Positions 1-13,237 of a DNA stretch of 64,000 nucleotides are shown here, in pieces. Source of the stretch: Bugula neritina (Eukaryota > Animalia > Bryozoa); assembly GCA_964035545.1 (NCBI GenBank), contig OZ037766.1:7182722-7246721 (forward strand), read 5' to 3'. The translations under genes were made by a program, and so were the position numbers. The notes below the pieces were generated by a model, which saw nothing but the letters and a program-made list of their open reading frames with translations, searched no databases and was not told the origin of the DNA. Position 1 is the first letter of the stretch. The number at the start of each line of letters is the position of its first letter.

Positions 1-180
1 ACTCAGCTCTTTCCTGTTGGTTAAAAATTGTTAATTTGCATACATCCAATAAGTAAAATAACTAAGTAATAGATGCGAAATGTTTTTAATTAGGAAATGA
101 GAGTTTTATAGAAACTTATTATAAAGCTTGTTCAAAGTTTGTTCAACTATAAAATTATGTAGAATTCTCAAAAGTTGAAA

Positions 181-3100
181 CTATTTTGCTGATTTACAAG
201 CTTTTCTGTCAGCCTGAACGTCGGCATCGGCCATCTCTGCGCTGAGACAACCAGTTCGGCGTTTCCTCGCCTCAATGATCTCTTTAGGTATGGTTTTTAA
301 GCCATACGCCCAGCCGATCTTAGCCATTAAGTTAATGAAGATAGTCGTGGGATTCAAGGCAATGCCAAATTCACTTGTTGAATAGTCCTGAGGGAATGTA
401 TGGTGATAGTTATGAAAGCCTTCTCCTATTGCTCCGATAGTTACCAGAATATTCTCGGCAGGGTTAATGTGTTTGTCATAAGGTCTGTTACCTGGAAGGG
501 AATAATTTACAATATGTATAGTCAAATGCTATGTAACAATTCTATAAATTTGTGAAAAAATATTGTAATTACAGGAGAAAACAGAGTGGTGTGTTTCAAT
601 TTACATGCTGCATATAATGTATGTTAAACAAACTTGTATACATTTGTGTTTATTGAGACCCAGTGTGTATCTGTGTTCGTAGATACCGATAAACATGACA
701 CAGGTGTTTGTAATATTATAATGGTCCATGTTGCTTATAGTTATAAATTGTCATACACTAGAATTACACCGGCTTTCCATGGATCGATCTAGGAATCAAT
801 CCATGGAAAGCCGGTATTAGAGCATTGGACTCAAACGACACTTTAGCCAGATATGATGCATCTTTACCCCACATATGAGCAGCGCTGTTCACCAGCCATG
901 TGCAGTTGAGTATGACACAGTATCTAAGGATAGCAGATATGAAGTAGGCATTCCACAGGCTTTCACCCCAACAGAGCCATGGTACTATGGTAGGCATTAT
1001 GAAACACATCAGAATAACTAGTGGCATGTAGAACCTAAAAACATAATAGAATAAACTTTTCAAAGTGGTCTCATCTCTAAAGCAATATAAATTCATCGAA
1101 TGAGTTCTTGAAAATACAGAGTAAACAACTCCAAGTTTAGATTTGTATTGCCATGATTTGGAAGTTGTGTTATCCGAATGGTTGTAACTTGTATAGGCAG
1201 TGATTTATGGTAAAAATTGTATCCATAAAGTAAAGTTTCGCCAGAGTTAGCCATGTATAGTAGATATTGCTTAGCAGTATGTGTATGTACTATGTACAGT
1301 ACTTTTGGGTATGAAATTACCGGCAGTTTATATTCAAGCTACTTTTATGTATCATGGTTTAATTTTCTACTACAGTAGCCAATAAGATATAACAATATTG
1401 TTTAGAGTTGTTAGTCACAACATGTAGAGCCATTGGTCTGGCAGCATGCAGATGTTTTGACTAGAGTTAAAGAATTACCTTTGCAACTGAACAGACAAGT
1501 CATGTCATCATCACATGAGCAGAAATTTATAAATCAAAATATTAACTCATGATAATGTGCTACATCTGCCCATGTGGAACAGTTAGTTATTGCATGTAGC
1601 TCTGGAAATAATTATTATGTAATGTAATTAATCATAATTTACTTGATAATTCAACATATGCTTTATATTTTACAATAACTCAGAGGGCAAGCAAAAGTTT
1701 CAAATTCAAATTGATCAGTTAAGGATTACCAAATTTCTAGAATAGAGGCAACAGCTAAATAAATAGATGATACTAAATTTTATATTTCATGTGACCAATT
1801 AAACAGCATTGGCAGGGCTATAACAGTTGTGCCTCAAATTTAGACAAATCTCAACAACGAGGCAATCCCAAAATTGTCCCGTGAGTAATACTATAGTCCA
1901 GTGTGCAATGTAGCTCACATTTTCTGCAGGCAAAGTCTAAATTGCAAAACTTTTGGAAATATAATTAAAATTCTTCTGATGGTTCAAACTCCAAACTATA
2001 TTTAAAAGTCAACATATTATTCAACAGATTGCTGTCTATTAGAAAGATGAGTAAGTTATCAACAGTCATGCATGAGAATGTGCACTTTAGCTGCAAGATA
2101 AGAGACAAACTACTTAGTTCATTTATTGCATTCCCCAAGTCATGGCATAGTGATGTAAATTCTACATGTTCAACTTTAACTTAACATTACAGTTTATTAT
2201 GCAACTAGTAATGAGGTTTTGTATAACATCTTAGCTAATGTCATAGTTTATTGTGCATTGAAAAGTGGATTTCCAAACAGTGTGAATGTAACTTAGCAAC
2301 AAGGCATAGTTTGTATCTACACAGCACTTGTAGGGGTATCAGCTGTCTGCCCTTTGAACATACTAAAAAGTCGGATTTAAAGCTTGAAACTTACAAATAT
2401 GTACCTGATATATTTGCTTATGTAAAAATCAGGGTGAAAAATTCACCCTTGGTTTAATTTCATTATTAAATTCTCAGTTTTAAGATGTAGTATGACTGAA
2501 TATCAGTTAAACACCGATGTGTAAAATAGTATAGTAAATTGTACATCATGTAAAATTAAACTTTCAAGATTTCAGAAAATACACAGTCTAGACTTAAGTA
2601 GAGCTAAAGCAGGTGAGTAAAGGTAGGGTTGAATACTAATAAGCTTTGGTTTCCAAAGGAGGATTTTGTTTATGTTTTCATTGCAAAGTGTTTACAAAAC
2701 ATTCATAGAGACAACAAAGTTCGGATTATAATATATTATAAACTTTGGTAATAGTTAGTGTGCAGACTATGAGATTTCAAACATACTCAAATCTAGGCAG
2801 CATAGATGCAGAGTACGTATACCATATAGCTGTGATAACTCACCTTCTTTGAAACCTTAGGACAGGGTCAGCGTAGAGATCAGAGAAATCCAGCTGCTTC
2901 CCTTTAGCGATCACGTCCGGGTGTTTCCTGCAGAGAAGCCAGCCGACATGGGCAAAGAAGAATCCCCGTTTAGCATTGTGAGGATCAGCGCTAGTCTCAC
3001 TGTACTTGTGGTGGACTCTATGGTCTCTACACCACTCTATTATGTGGTTCTGTGATAACAAGAAAAGAGATGATAATTCCTCCTCTTTAAGAGGAACAAC

Positions 3101-5146
3101 TTTAGGTCATGAGTTCTATTATTGAGCTATTAGTTCATTGGGCTCCATCCCCAGCAAAGGCTCTTGGTGATGTTAACTTGCTCTTGTGCCACATATGAAT
3201 AAACTATATTGGTTCGCTTTAGAAAAAAACTTTTCAGCAGGGGTTTTCTCACACAGGTGGCAACTATAAACTTGTGTAAGTTTTTTAAATACATAACTTT
3301 AAATGTTTGCGTTAGATAGATTAAAACTAGGCATTTCACAAGAATAAAATGGTACCATAGATAATATTAATTAATGAGAATTAATTAATATAAAATATTT
3401 TTAAAACAAAGATAATTATAATGTAAACAGCAAACAAGTTGCATCACCTATATAGTGGCTCAGCATGTTAAATGCTCACAATGTTTGACTTGCATTAAAA
3501 CGAAAATATTGTTTATTCACCACTAAAAGTACTATGAAAAAATAACTGCAGTCACGATGTTAGCATCCATAGAGAAAAGTTCAAAGATCGGTTTGCAGAT
3601 ACCCATAGATAAGCATTAAGATTATATGTTGTGACATATATTACAATGAATAATAATATTGTTGCGTAATGTTAGCATTTTTAGCTACCAACAGCTCAAA
3701 GGTTAACACTAAAAACAAACTGGTACAAAGTCATGCCCTCAATATTGAAATGGTGCCAATTTACAACACTAGGAAACATCTGGTTTGTGAGTCAATGAGA
3801 ATGAGAATGAAGGGTAACAGATAAATCCAACTGAGCCCATCTAATATAGTTCAATACTGACAAGGTGAACATTTAAATGTTCGAGCCATGGCCAGTTATC
3901 TATGAAATCATAAATTATGAATTTAATTTTATAAATTTCACATTTCTAATTAAAGTGGCTCCAATAGAACAATCTATCACAATTAACAGTAATAATACAA
4001 CTAAGCAATATATTTTACTCTCAGTTTAAATTTATTATATTTCCATCGGAATTATAGTTTATTACAGTTACGAGAGTTATCATTTTAGAGAAATGATGAC
4101 AAACTAAGATGCACAGGCAAGCACATTAATGAGAATGATGAATTAGTCAAGATAGTATACGGACACAAGTTCTATGAACATCAACTGCAAGCTATGAGGA
4201 CACCCCCATTCATCTTCCACTAGTTTGGAATTTAGCTATTGCTGGTTAAATACCAAGAAAAAAGCATATACCAGCACCATATCAGTAATTTAGAGTCTTA
4301 GTTGAAATACATATATACAGCTAGGGATGGTCATAAAAATATATAGTAGGTATATTGCATGCATCTGTAGCATGGTAGTTGGATAAGCTGTGAGTCACAA
4401 TAACCCTTGGGATTGCTACTATTTCAAGCCTAGTGATTTCAAGAGGAAACACAAAGAACAGTTTTATCATTTAGGAAATAGTGGAATTAATAAGAGAAGA
4501 CCTAATACAAATATGGATAAATATTAAGTACACCCTTCACAGTGTGAGTGCGACTCACTTCGTTGTTGGCTATTAAAGCAGCTTACCTCAGCAGCAGTCA
4601 AGTTGAAAATCATGAGCAGTATTCTGAGAGGAAGCCTTGCCTTGTAGGACCGATGACTCCAGAGCCTGTGAGCTCCAGCAGTTATACCCAATGCCCCAAT
4701 CATGAACAGGAAATAACCTGTAAATATATCACAATATATACCACTTGGCAAAGCAGTGGAAGTTCAACATGTGTACAGGTAGTATATAAACTTTAAAATA
4801 AGCCAAAACATAAACACTCATTAAATAACTCCTTAAAATATCAAATAAATCTTAATGAACATAATATAATGTTACATTAAAACATAAACAGGATGGATTA
4901 ATAGACACGAATTGGAGGAATACACTTACTAAACAACCAGGTCAATGGTTGAGCACTAGGAACAAGAAAGAGGGCATAGACACTGGCCAGATGCAAGAAT
5001 CCAAATATAAACACATTTCTCCAAACAATCTGAGTCTGAACAGGATCAGCCTTCACCTCAACTTCTTCTGGAACCCATTCTATCTGTGGCTCGTGGTCTT
5101 GGTGGTAAAGAGGTGAGCCTCCATCGAACTTATCTTTTGGTGCCAT
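181..5146 (-). CDS. SCD: Delta-9 acyl-CoA (stearoyl-CoA) desaturase, ~343 aa; coding exons 5146-4930, 4717-4587, 3049-2844, 1034-868, 491-181
   Basis: Exons join in frame at GT-AG sites (1032 nt). Contains the three histidine boxes HRLWSH, HRVHH and HNYHH, plus ITAGAHRLW, DPHNAKRGFFFAHVGWL, WLVNSAAH and GEGFHNYHHTFP typical of membrane delta-9 desaturases. Confidence 0.95.
767..816. mobile_element. 50-bp TIR-only derivative of the CACCGG-ended MITE family, in desaturase intron 4
   Basis: CACCGGCTTTCCATGGATCGAT...ATCAATCCATGGAAAGCCGGTA flanked by TTA/TTA. Termini match the element at 12114-13237. Confidence 0.85.
3133..3285 (+). mobile_element. Degenerate, 5'-truncated copy of the tRNA-derived SINE family
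   Basis: Shares CCCAGCAAAGGC..TTGGTGATGTT, TTGCTC.TGTG.C.CATATGAATAA and GGGGTTTTCTCACA...ACTATAAACTTG with 37981-38196. Confidence 0.75.
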
Positions 5147-6149
5147 TCTTTATCTTCTCCAAAAGTTCAGACCAATACTAACAGTATGATGGAAAGAGCC
5201 AATTAGTATTATATATATTTTTCTAACAGGTTATACAAGACCTTGTAGTTGCTACTATTATGCTATCAGATGAAAAGCTAGCAAATATAGTTCCAGTCAA
5301 AGGCCTCTTGATAGAACTGTTTAGGTATTAGTACACCTAGTTATTGGGTATATAACTTTTCAAAGGTGAAGATTATTGATGAAGGTTGTCCTAAACAATA
5401 ATTAGGCACAATAGAATTATTTTAATAAATTACTTGAAAAGTTGAAATTTATGTTTAGAGCTAAAGATGAATTTTTAATACATTGTGAATGTTTTGTTCT
5501 ATACATTCTAGATTTAACAAATAGTCACAAAAGCAAGTGTGTCTAAACAAGACTTGGACTTTTAAAGCCAGCAATTTTTTAAAACTGATAAAATTTTAAC
5601 ACTATGGTTAGTGACATCTGCTCCTTTAAAATATTCAGAACTGTGACCCAAAGATGCTCCATTTAGCAGTTGTATTTACATGTTGATGTTGGAGTAACGC
5701 CATGCAAGTATAATCAGTATTAGTGTATATAAAGGGTGACTTCAAACCATTAGCAACTTATAGTTTTTAGCTTCAAAAATTTTTACCAGACTTTTTAACT
5801 ATTAAACTTACACCTAAAGAAACAAAATCAAAATGTTGAGCCTAAAACACTTAAATCACAACATCACCATCAGTAAGTAAGAAACGGTTTTATTTCTAAG
5901 TGTTATTTTCCAGCAGTTTTTGTCCACCTGAGATATGACAGCTACTTTGAAAAATAGCAATAGAAATATACCAATAGACAACATAATATTAATAATTACT
6001 TCAACATGATCTAAGGATTTAACAGTTAACCTATTAGTATTACTATTAGTATTAGTAATATGGTGTTGATGAGGACAGGCTCTTAAAAATAAAAACATGT
6101 GATGTTCCATAATGATAAAAATTTAGGAGTCCGACTAAGTATAGCTAGT

Positions 6150-6520
6150 TTATAGCTCACCTTACAAATGATGCTGGTCCGTGATAAACGAGTGCTCACC
6201 CACTAAGTAAAGCTCAGCAATATAATGTAATACTAATAGTACGATCTAGAACAAGCACACGCCTATACTGGCTTCACTTTTATGCTTGCCACGTTATTTC
6301 TCGCTTCAGCGCTCTCAGGATGGCATGATGCATCTTTTACAGTAGCATTGCAATAATATCAACTCATTATTGTTGCCAGGAATGGTCTGATGATTTCTGA
6401 TTGGCTAATAACTATGTAGCAACGGGAACTTATAGTTAAATCGACTAATAGCAGTCTTCTAAAATTACCTCGCGAATACAATGGTACTACAAGAATGCGG
6501 CCTAATATAAGAAATTCACT
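6150..6520 (-). promoter_or_regulatory. Putative promoter and non-coding first exon of the desaturase
   Basis: Local CpG enrichment in AT-rich DNA, a CCAAT box on the minus strand (GATTGG near 6399) and minus-strand donor-like sites (CTCAC/CTTAC near 6156-6165). Inferred only. Confidence 0.4.
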
Positions 6521-8787
6521 TGCAAGTTGAATAATTCTAAACTCATGTCTGAGTGGTCATAGCTAGAAACCCGAACTGAAACATAGGCACACATTATAGT
6601 ACTAAATCTCTTTTTGTACAACAAATGGTAGAAAGCATTGCAAGATGATTTTTACTATTTAAGTGATTGCAGCAGTAGCCATAGACAAAATCTTGCCTAC
6701 AAGATATTACTTTCATCTAGTATGAATATAATATACAAGCCACCTACCAAAATAATTTCAATATTACAAAATTCAGTTAAAAAACACACAAGAGCACTGG
6801 TGCACTCTACACTATATATCTGCATCTCAACAGCTTGCATGGACTATTGCAAAAAAGATAGCTGCGTTCTACAAACAAGTCAGGTTAAAAATTAAGATTC
6901 GGTGCTTTTTTTGGTAGCTGCAAAGACATAGAAACTATAACGATGAAGTAATATTTTTCTCATAAAAAGAAAATTCTACTTGTGCAAAACACTGTATATT
7001 GCAAAATTAGGATTGTGGGGAAATAATTTCAATTGTAACATAGAAATTGACCAACCTTTGGTGCAACTAGCAGCTGTCATGCTCAATTCAAAAAGAAACA
7101 ATAAAATAAAACATTTTAATTTTCTGTAATATTATTTTCCTTGCATATTAGTAGCAACCGGCATGTAGCACTGCATGGCTGTATATAGCTTCCTAGCTTG
7201 AGCTATATATTGTGTACAAAATGAAGTGAACAAGTGTTCTAGCTAGCTTTACAGTACAGGCTACTTATTCAATTATAATGCTTTATATTTTAAGATCTGT
7301 GCTCATTGAAGGAATATGATAAAAATATTATATGCAATGGAGCCTATTTTGGCTAGTTCAAAATATTGACAGCGATTCAAGGGTAGATAACTCTCAATAG
7401 GCAACTTAAGGCGCTACTTTATAGATCTGGAATTTCCATGATTATAATATATTTCTTAGCTAAAGTGTTGCTATTATATGCAGACTGTGTCAATGACATG
7501 AAAATTGAGCATGTAAAAATGATATTAACGGAGCTTGCTGAAATAGGCCTGTGTGACATCACTACATATTATATATATTATTTTAGAAATGTATATATAT
7601 ATTAATTCAGCTATATTCAAGTTTCTTTTGTTTTCTGCCTTAGTATGCAACATGATATTATGCTTTATTCTTTATAAATTTACAAATAAATAACCCTATA
7701 TACTGATACTATCTGCTAGCCTACAACATAGGCATGGATGAGAGCTTTAATATTGCTATATTGGTAACTAGTCACTGACAGCTATCTGGTTAATTAAAAT
7801 CACAACATGCTTAGATGTATAATTTGAAAATCTAGTATATCTATTATTTATATCGCAGGCTTTCTTTTATAATATGCTAATTGGTAATGCAATTTATGAC
7901 AGGTTTACAAGTTATAACAAAAATAACTAGGCTTGTAGAGTATCTTCAAGGTCAATGCTCAGGCTAGACTTGTGTAGACTATAAACTCATAATATATCTA
8001 TTCATTTGATGCATGCTGGACCTTGAAAATTACTGACGCACCATGTTGATTAAATGCTGCAATGACTATCCACAGTTGGTTTAAGGTCATTACTTTCCAG
8101 ATTCAGGCACTGCTTTATGTTATATATAAACAGTTTCCAGGAGATAGCTCGAACAGTTTTTGTCTCACATTAATAAATTTTACATGAAAAGATAGCTCTT
8201 GCATTCCTCTTTCATATACTTTTTTAATTTTTCAATAAAAAATTTTCTGAGAAAGTTGTTGCATAATAAGTAAAATTTTACACCCTCCATGTTCCACTGC
8301 TGTAGCACAGGGGATTCATTTTACAAAGTTTAAATGTTAAACTTGACATTCCTTGATATGTTTTCTCTAATATACTTTCTTTGTTTTTTGAAATTCTGTT
8401 TATGCTCTTCACAATTTGGTAAAAACATACACCATTTTGCAAGTTTCACTGCAATTTTCTAAATTCTTCATATGGTGGTTCTAGCTACGCTCCTGTGACT
8501 AATTATAACATTCCTAGTAGTTTGCTGCTCTGCGCTATCACAATAACATATAGTACCCTCTCGCACAAATTGGCAATCTATTGGATTTCTGCCAATATAA
8601 TGCTCCCTGTTTTACTTTAGCACTCAGCTGAATCATCTCACTATGTTACAATAATATATTGAAAATGCCTCAGCACAACATAATTCTTTGTTTGTTTGGC
8701 AAAGTTAATTTCAGCTAAATCACTTCACTTTACAGTCTTGTCAGTAAATGTCTGTCTATAGCGCAGCAGGTGTACTTTCAGTTTCTC

Positions 8788-10872
8788 TAATAGACGATGT
8801 AAATTTGGTACATTTAGTACCTTGTACCAACTCTAGAATACTCACCACTATAACTTATATAAACTTCTGCAAGTTCAAATGCAAAATGCATACTTTTAGA
8901 AAATAGCTGTGCAACTTTTATTACATGCATTATTTTATTTCATATCTTAAACTTATGAACCATGAGTTCATTTTTCAAAATGTTTAAATTAAGTGCTCAA
9001 AAAATGCAATTAAAATTTTTATTCTTGCACAAATACCCTGGTGCAGTTTGACCACAACCCCAGCTGTTTTGGCAAACACATTTAATGGTTTTTTTATTGA
9101 CATAGTGGTGAATGAGCTGGTTGTTTTTGGCAGTTGGGTAGACTTGAAGCTTGGCAGCTTTTAAACAATTCTGATTGGCAGAATTTTACACGATAAGTTG
9201 ATGTTTGTATCTGATTGGCCTAATAATGCATTTGCATTTGAAAATGTAGTTTTATTTAAGCTATAATGGTGATATTTTAGAGTTGGCACACACCCCTTTT
9301 GGGTTGAGTTTTATAGTCTGTTCCTGCTGCAGTCATCTACAACAACAGTGTATAGGGAAATTATTAGTATTACGAAATCTGTTTTGGCTTACTTTGCTAT
9401 GCCAGTATTCTGACTTAGTTTTGTTATAATCAACTATGTTGGCAGTTAAAACTGAGGGTGATTTCATCAAAGGTAGACATTGCTGAGGCCTTAGAACATT
9501 AAATCAACCAGTGCTGTTACTTGGTTGTATTGTAAAGCAGTAGTGAGAGCATAGCACACTATCACAGTCACTGAGCTGCAATGACAGTATGTAAGGCACG
9601 TCAAAACACTAGCCTAGTCTCTGTTAGTATGTAGAGCAGTAGCACAGTTACAGCAGTCACACCACCCCTCTCTATCCTGTCTACCAAGCACAGAGGTTGC
9701 AATAATGATAATCATTTCATGATTTAGTTTTAAATCAATACATACTACTAAATACATTCTCATAGTCTAATGTAATAAATTATAAAAAAGTTGTTTAACA
9801 TGCACATTACAAATGCATTAGCCTACGCTAACTATAAATTATTTGCTTGTGTACCCGCACTATTATTTTATTTTAAATTTGTAAAACAGTAGCTTTTTAC
9901 TCTGTCACATATTCATCTGCATTGGATTTAAATGCACAGCTATTAGCAATAGATAATGTAGAAATTTTGTATAAAAATGAGTATTAGCATGTAGTGCCTT
10001 GCATGTGGGTCTATATTGTTTTGACGTGCCTTACATAAGATAATATAATAGAACTGACGAGTTTGGTGTAGCCACTGTCATTGCAGCTCAGTGACTGTGA
10101 TAGTGTGCTATGCTCTCACTACTGCTTTACAATACAACCAAGTAACAGCACTGGTTGATTTGATGTTCTAAGGCCTCAGCAATGTCCACCTTTGATGAAA
10201 TCACCCTCAGTTTTAACTGCCAACATAGTTGATTACAAACTAAGTCAGAATACTGGCATAGCAAAGTAAGCCAAAACAGATTTCGTAATACTAATAATTT
10301 CCCTATACACTGTTGTTGTAGATGACTACAGCAGGAACAGACTATAAAACTCAACCCAAAAGGGGTGTGTGCCAACTCTAAAATATCACCATTATAGCTT
10401 AAATAAAACTCTACATTTTCAAATGCAAATGCATTATTAGGCCAATCAGATACAAACATCAACTTATCGTGTAAAATTCTGCCAATCAGAATTGTTTAAA
10501 AGCTGCCAAGCTTCAAGTCTACCCAACTGCCAAAAACAACCAGCTCATTCACCACTATGTCAATAAAAAAACCATTAAATGTGTTTGTCAAAACAGCTGG
10601 GGTTGTGGTCAAACTGCACCAGGGTATTTGTGCAAGAATAAAAATTTTAATTGCATTTTTTGAGCACTTAATTTAAACATTTTGAAAAATGAACTCATGG
10701 TTCATAAGTTTAAGATATGAAATAAAATAATGCATGTAATAAAAGTTGCACAGCTATTTTCTAAAAGTATGCATTTTGCATTTGAACTTGCAGAAGTTTA
10801 TATAAGTTATAGTGGTGAGTATTCTAGAGTTGGTACAAGGTACTAAATGTACCAAATTTACATCGTCTATTA
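8788..10872. repeat. Large inverted repeat: arms 8788-9588 and 10074-10872, with extra pairing 9589-9608/10017-10036 and a ~410-bp spacer; foldback-like
   Basis: Arms are reverse complements along their length (TAATAGACGATGTAAATTTGG... / ...CCAAATTTACATCGTCTATTA) with only a few substitutions and small indels. Confidence 0.95.
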
Positions 10873-12113
10873 TTAGGCTGTCAATTCATGTTGATAGCAG
10901 TCAACTGTTGCGATAGTCTCGGGTTACTAGCAAAGCTAATTGTTTTGAACAAATAACCCAAAAGTTTAAAAATAAGTAGCTTGCATATTACTAGCTACAA
11001 AAACAGGTCTGAAATAGACTGTTAAAGCAAGCTCTTATTGTAGAGTTTGCAGGTGTGCTCTAAAATAAAACTTAAACTGTATGCTATTGCATAAGTATTT
11101 GTATGCGAGAGATAAATGGACATTACTGAGTTTCTGGAAAACAACATACTTGAAGTTAACTTTGACAATGGTGTGTTATTTTCATCATAGCTAGCCTATA
11201 GCATAAATCTCTAATCATATGAATCTTTATGAAGCCCACAGCTCGTGTAAGGGTGGCAATGTAATTTGAAACGAACAATTATGTTGCTGCATTGTGTCTA
11301 AGGTATATTAGAGAGCAGAATTTGGTTTTACTAGCCTACCCCAACTGCATTCTACAATGCAGCTTATATGCTGGCAGTTGTAATAAGTACTGCCAATAGC
11401 AAGGTTACTATCACTGCTAGCTCTGTGCAGTATGTAACCTCTTGAATAATTGCGCCAATTTTAAACTCTTGGAAGTTGGCCAAGTTATCATATCGCAGCC
11501 AGCCACTGGAGACAAAGCATCAGAGCTATTCATATAATATTTTACTGATGCACTTGGTAGCAGAGTGGCTAATCTAATATAGTTCATAGTTCAACACCCT
11601 TTACTTTGGGAATACAGCCTCTTTTTTTAGGTTTACCTAACAAAGCATGAAAATATCTGAACTGATATTCTGATAATTTAGAGGTACATTTTGAAAACTA
11701 GGTTAATTGCACTTGTTTGCACAACAACAATAATAAAATAGATATTATGCAGTATAATAAAAACACACATAATACTATATAATATATTATAATGGTAATA
11801 ATATAATATTGTAAGTACCATTACTGCATTTTATAAATCACATGGTTGCCAAAAAAATGTATCACAAATGCTGTAATTATAAATCAAAAATAGAACTATA
11901 GCTAGGCAGCAGGTTAGAATAGAGTAAATTTTTAAAACATGAAATCATGATTTGACTATTGTTTTATTTAGGCCAACCAACCTAGGAATACAAGATTGGG
12001 TTTTAGCTGACAGTTTATAACATTTAGCTTTTGAGCCAGCAGCACTGGCACTTGTGAAGTATAGGCAAAGTTAGTGAAGCGAGACTAACAAGCACTCAAA
12101 TACAAGGCATATT

Positions 12114-13237
12114 CACCGGCTTTCCATGTACCGATCTCAGATCGATCTCGCTGAGATCGATCTGAGCATACCTCTCAGATCGATCGTTTTTCCATGAGAA
12201 GTGTCAGATCGATCTCACGGAGTTGCCTCCTCTTAAGTGAAGAGTACTTTAATAGTATAATTTGTTCACAAATCTGGATGATTAAAGCTGCTGAGGTTAA
12301 AAAACAAGATTGTTGATGTCTAAAAATTAATGGTGCTTGTAAACAATACGCAACAAAGCTTTTAGCCTAGGGCCACACGGTGCGTATTTTCGCATGCGAA
12401 AATTGAAATCACAAGTAGCAAAGGTGTCCACTGTGCGCGTTGAGAAAACCTTCGCACTTGTCGCTCTGCATTTTCAACGCAAGTGCGAATCGTCTCTGTC
12501 GTCGTCACCTAATTGGCTGGTAGCTATTCAGCGAGCCCAATTTCTTTATTTAGTGCTATATTCCAGTAAATTGCGTTTTATTGAAAGCGAGTGCGATTTA
12601 AAAATGAAAGCTTTATTTATCACGCATCACTGACGCTACAGTGGACACCTTTGCTACCCGTGATTTTAATTTTCGCATGCGAAAATACGCACAGTGTGGC
12701 CCTAGGCTTAGTGTAACGTAATATAGCCAATTTAAGATAATCACTTTTAATTTTTTAGCTCAACAGCTTAAATAAAATTAATAGCTATCTTGCAGATTAT
12801 TCATAAACTTACAGGATTGTTAAGCTTGAAATTACGCAGCAAATAACTAATGAAAGTAAGTTTTACTAGTCATTTAAATTCAATTTAAATGCTCCAATTT
12901 TTTGTAATTTCTATGGACTATAATTTTATATAATTGAGTTTTTTTAATCATAGTACTGAAAGTCAAAGTTTTGGCATCTGAAAATGTGGCTATCGTAATT
13001 ATTAAGTAATTTGCTTAGTAATTATCAATAAGTTGTCATTTTTATCAGCAGACAACATTTTAGCGAACAGTCTTTTTCTACTTCTCAGATCGATCTGGAG
13101 TCTTTCCATGGATCGATCTCACTGAGATCGATCTGAGTTCGAGCTCTACAGACCGACCAGCTCAGAACGACTGAGATCGATCTTTGACATCTTTCCATGG
13201 ATCGATCTCGCTGAGATCGGTACATGGAAAGCCGGTG
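12114..13237. mobile_element. Non-autonomous DNA transposon with CAC termini and 3-bp TSD (CMC: CACTA/Chapaev-like), hosting a nested MITE
   Basis: TIR CACCGGCTTTCCATGTACCGATCTCAG / CTGAGATCGGTACATGGAAAGCCGGTG; ATT on both sides; multiple subterminal AGATCGATCT palindromes at both ends. Superfamily is inferred from termini and TSD only. Confidence 0.85.
12365..12707. mobile_element. PIF/Harbinger-like MITE nested in the previous element
   Basis: ~70-bp TIRs GCCTAGGGCCACAC.GTGCGTATTTTCGCATGCGAAAATT... and TTA/TTA TSD (12362-12364, 12708-12710). Confidence 0.88.

Noticed and set aside
10127-10462. 111-aa ORF in the right palindrome arm
   Set aside because: No recognisable motif, and the mirror copy in the left arm carries indels and a TAA stop.
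12394-12633. 79-aa ORF as a transposase remnant
   Set aside because: Lies in the TIR and interior of a 343-bp MITE and shows no DDE or DNA-binding motif.
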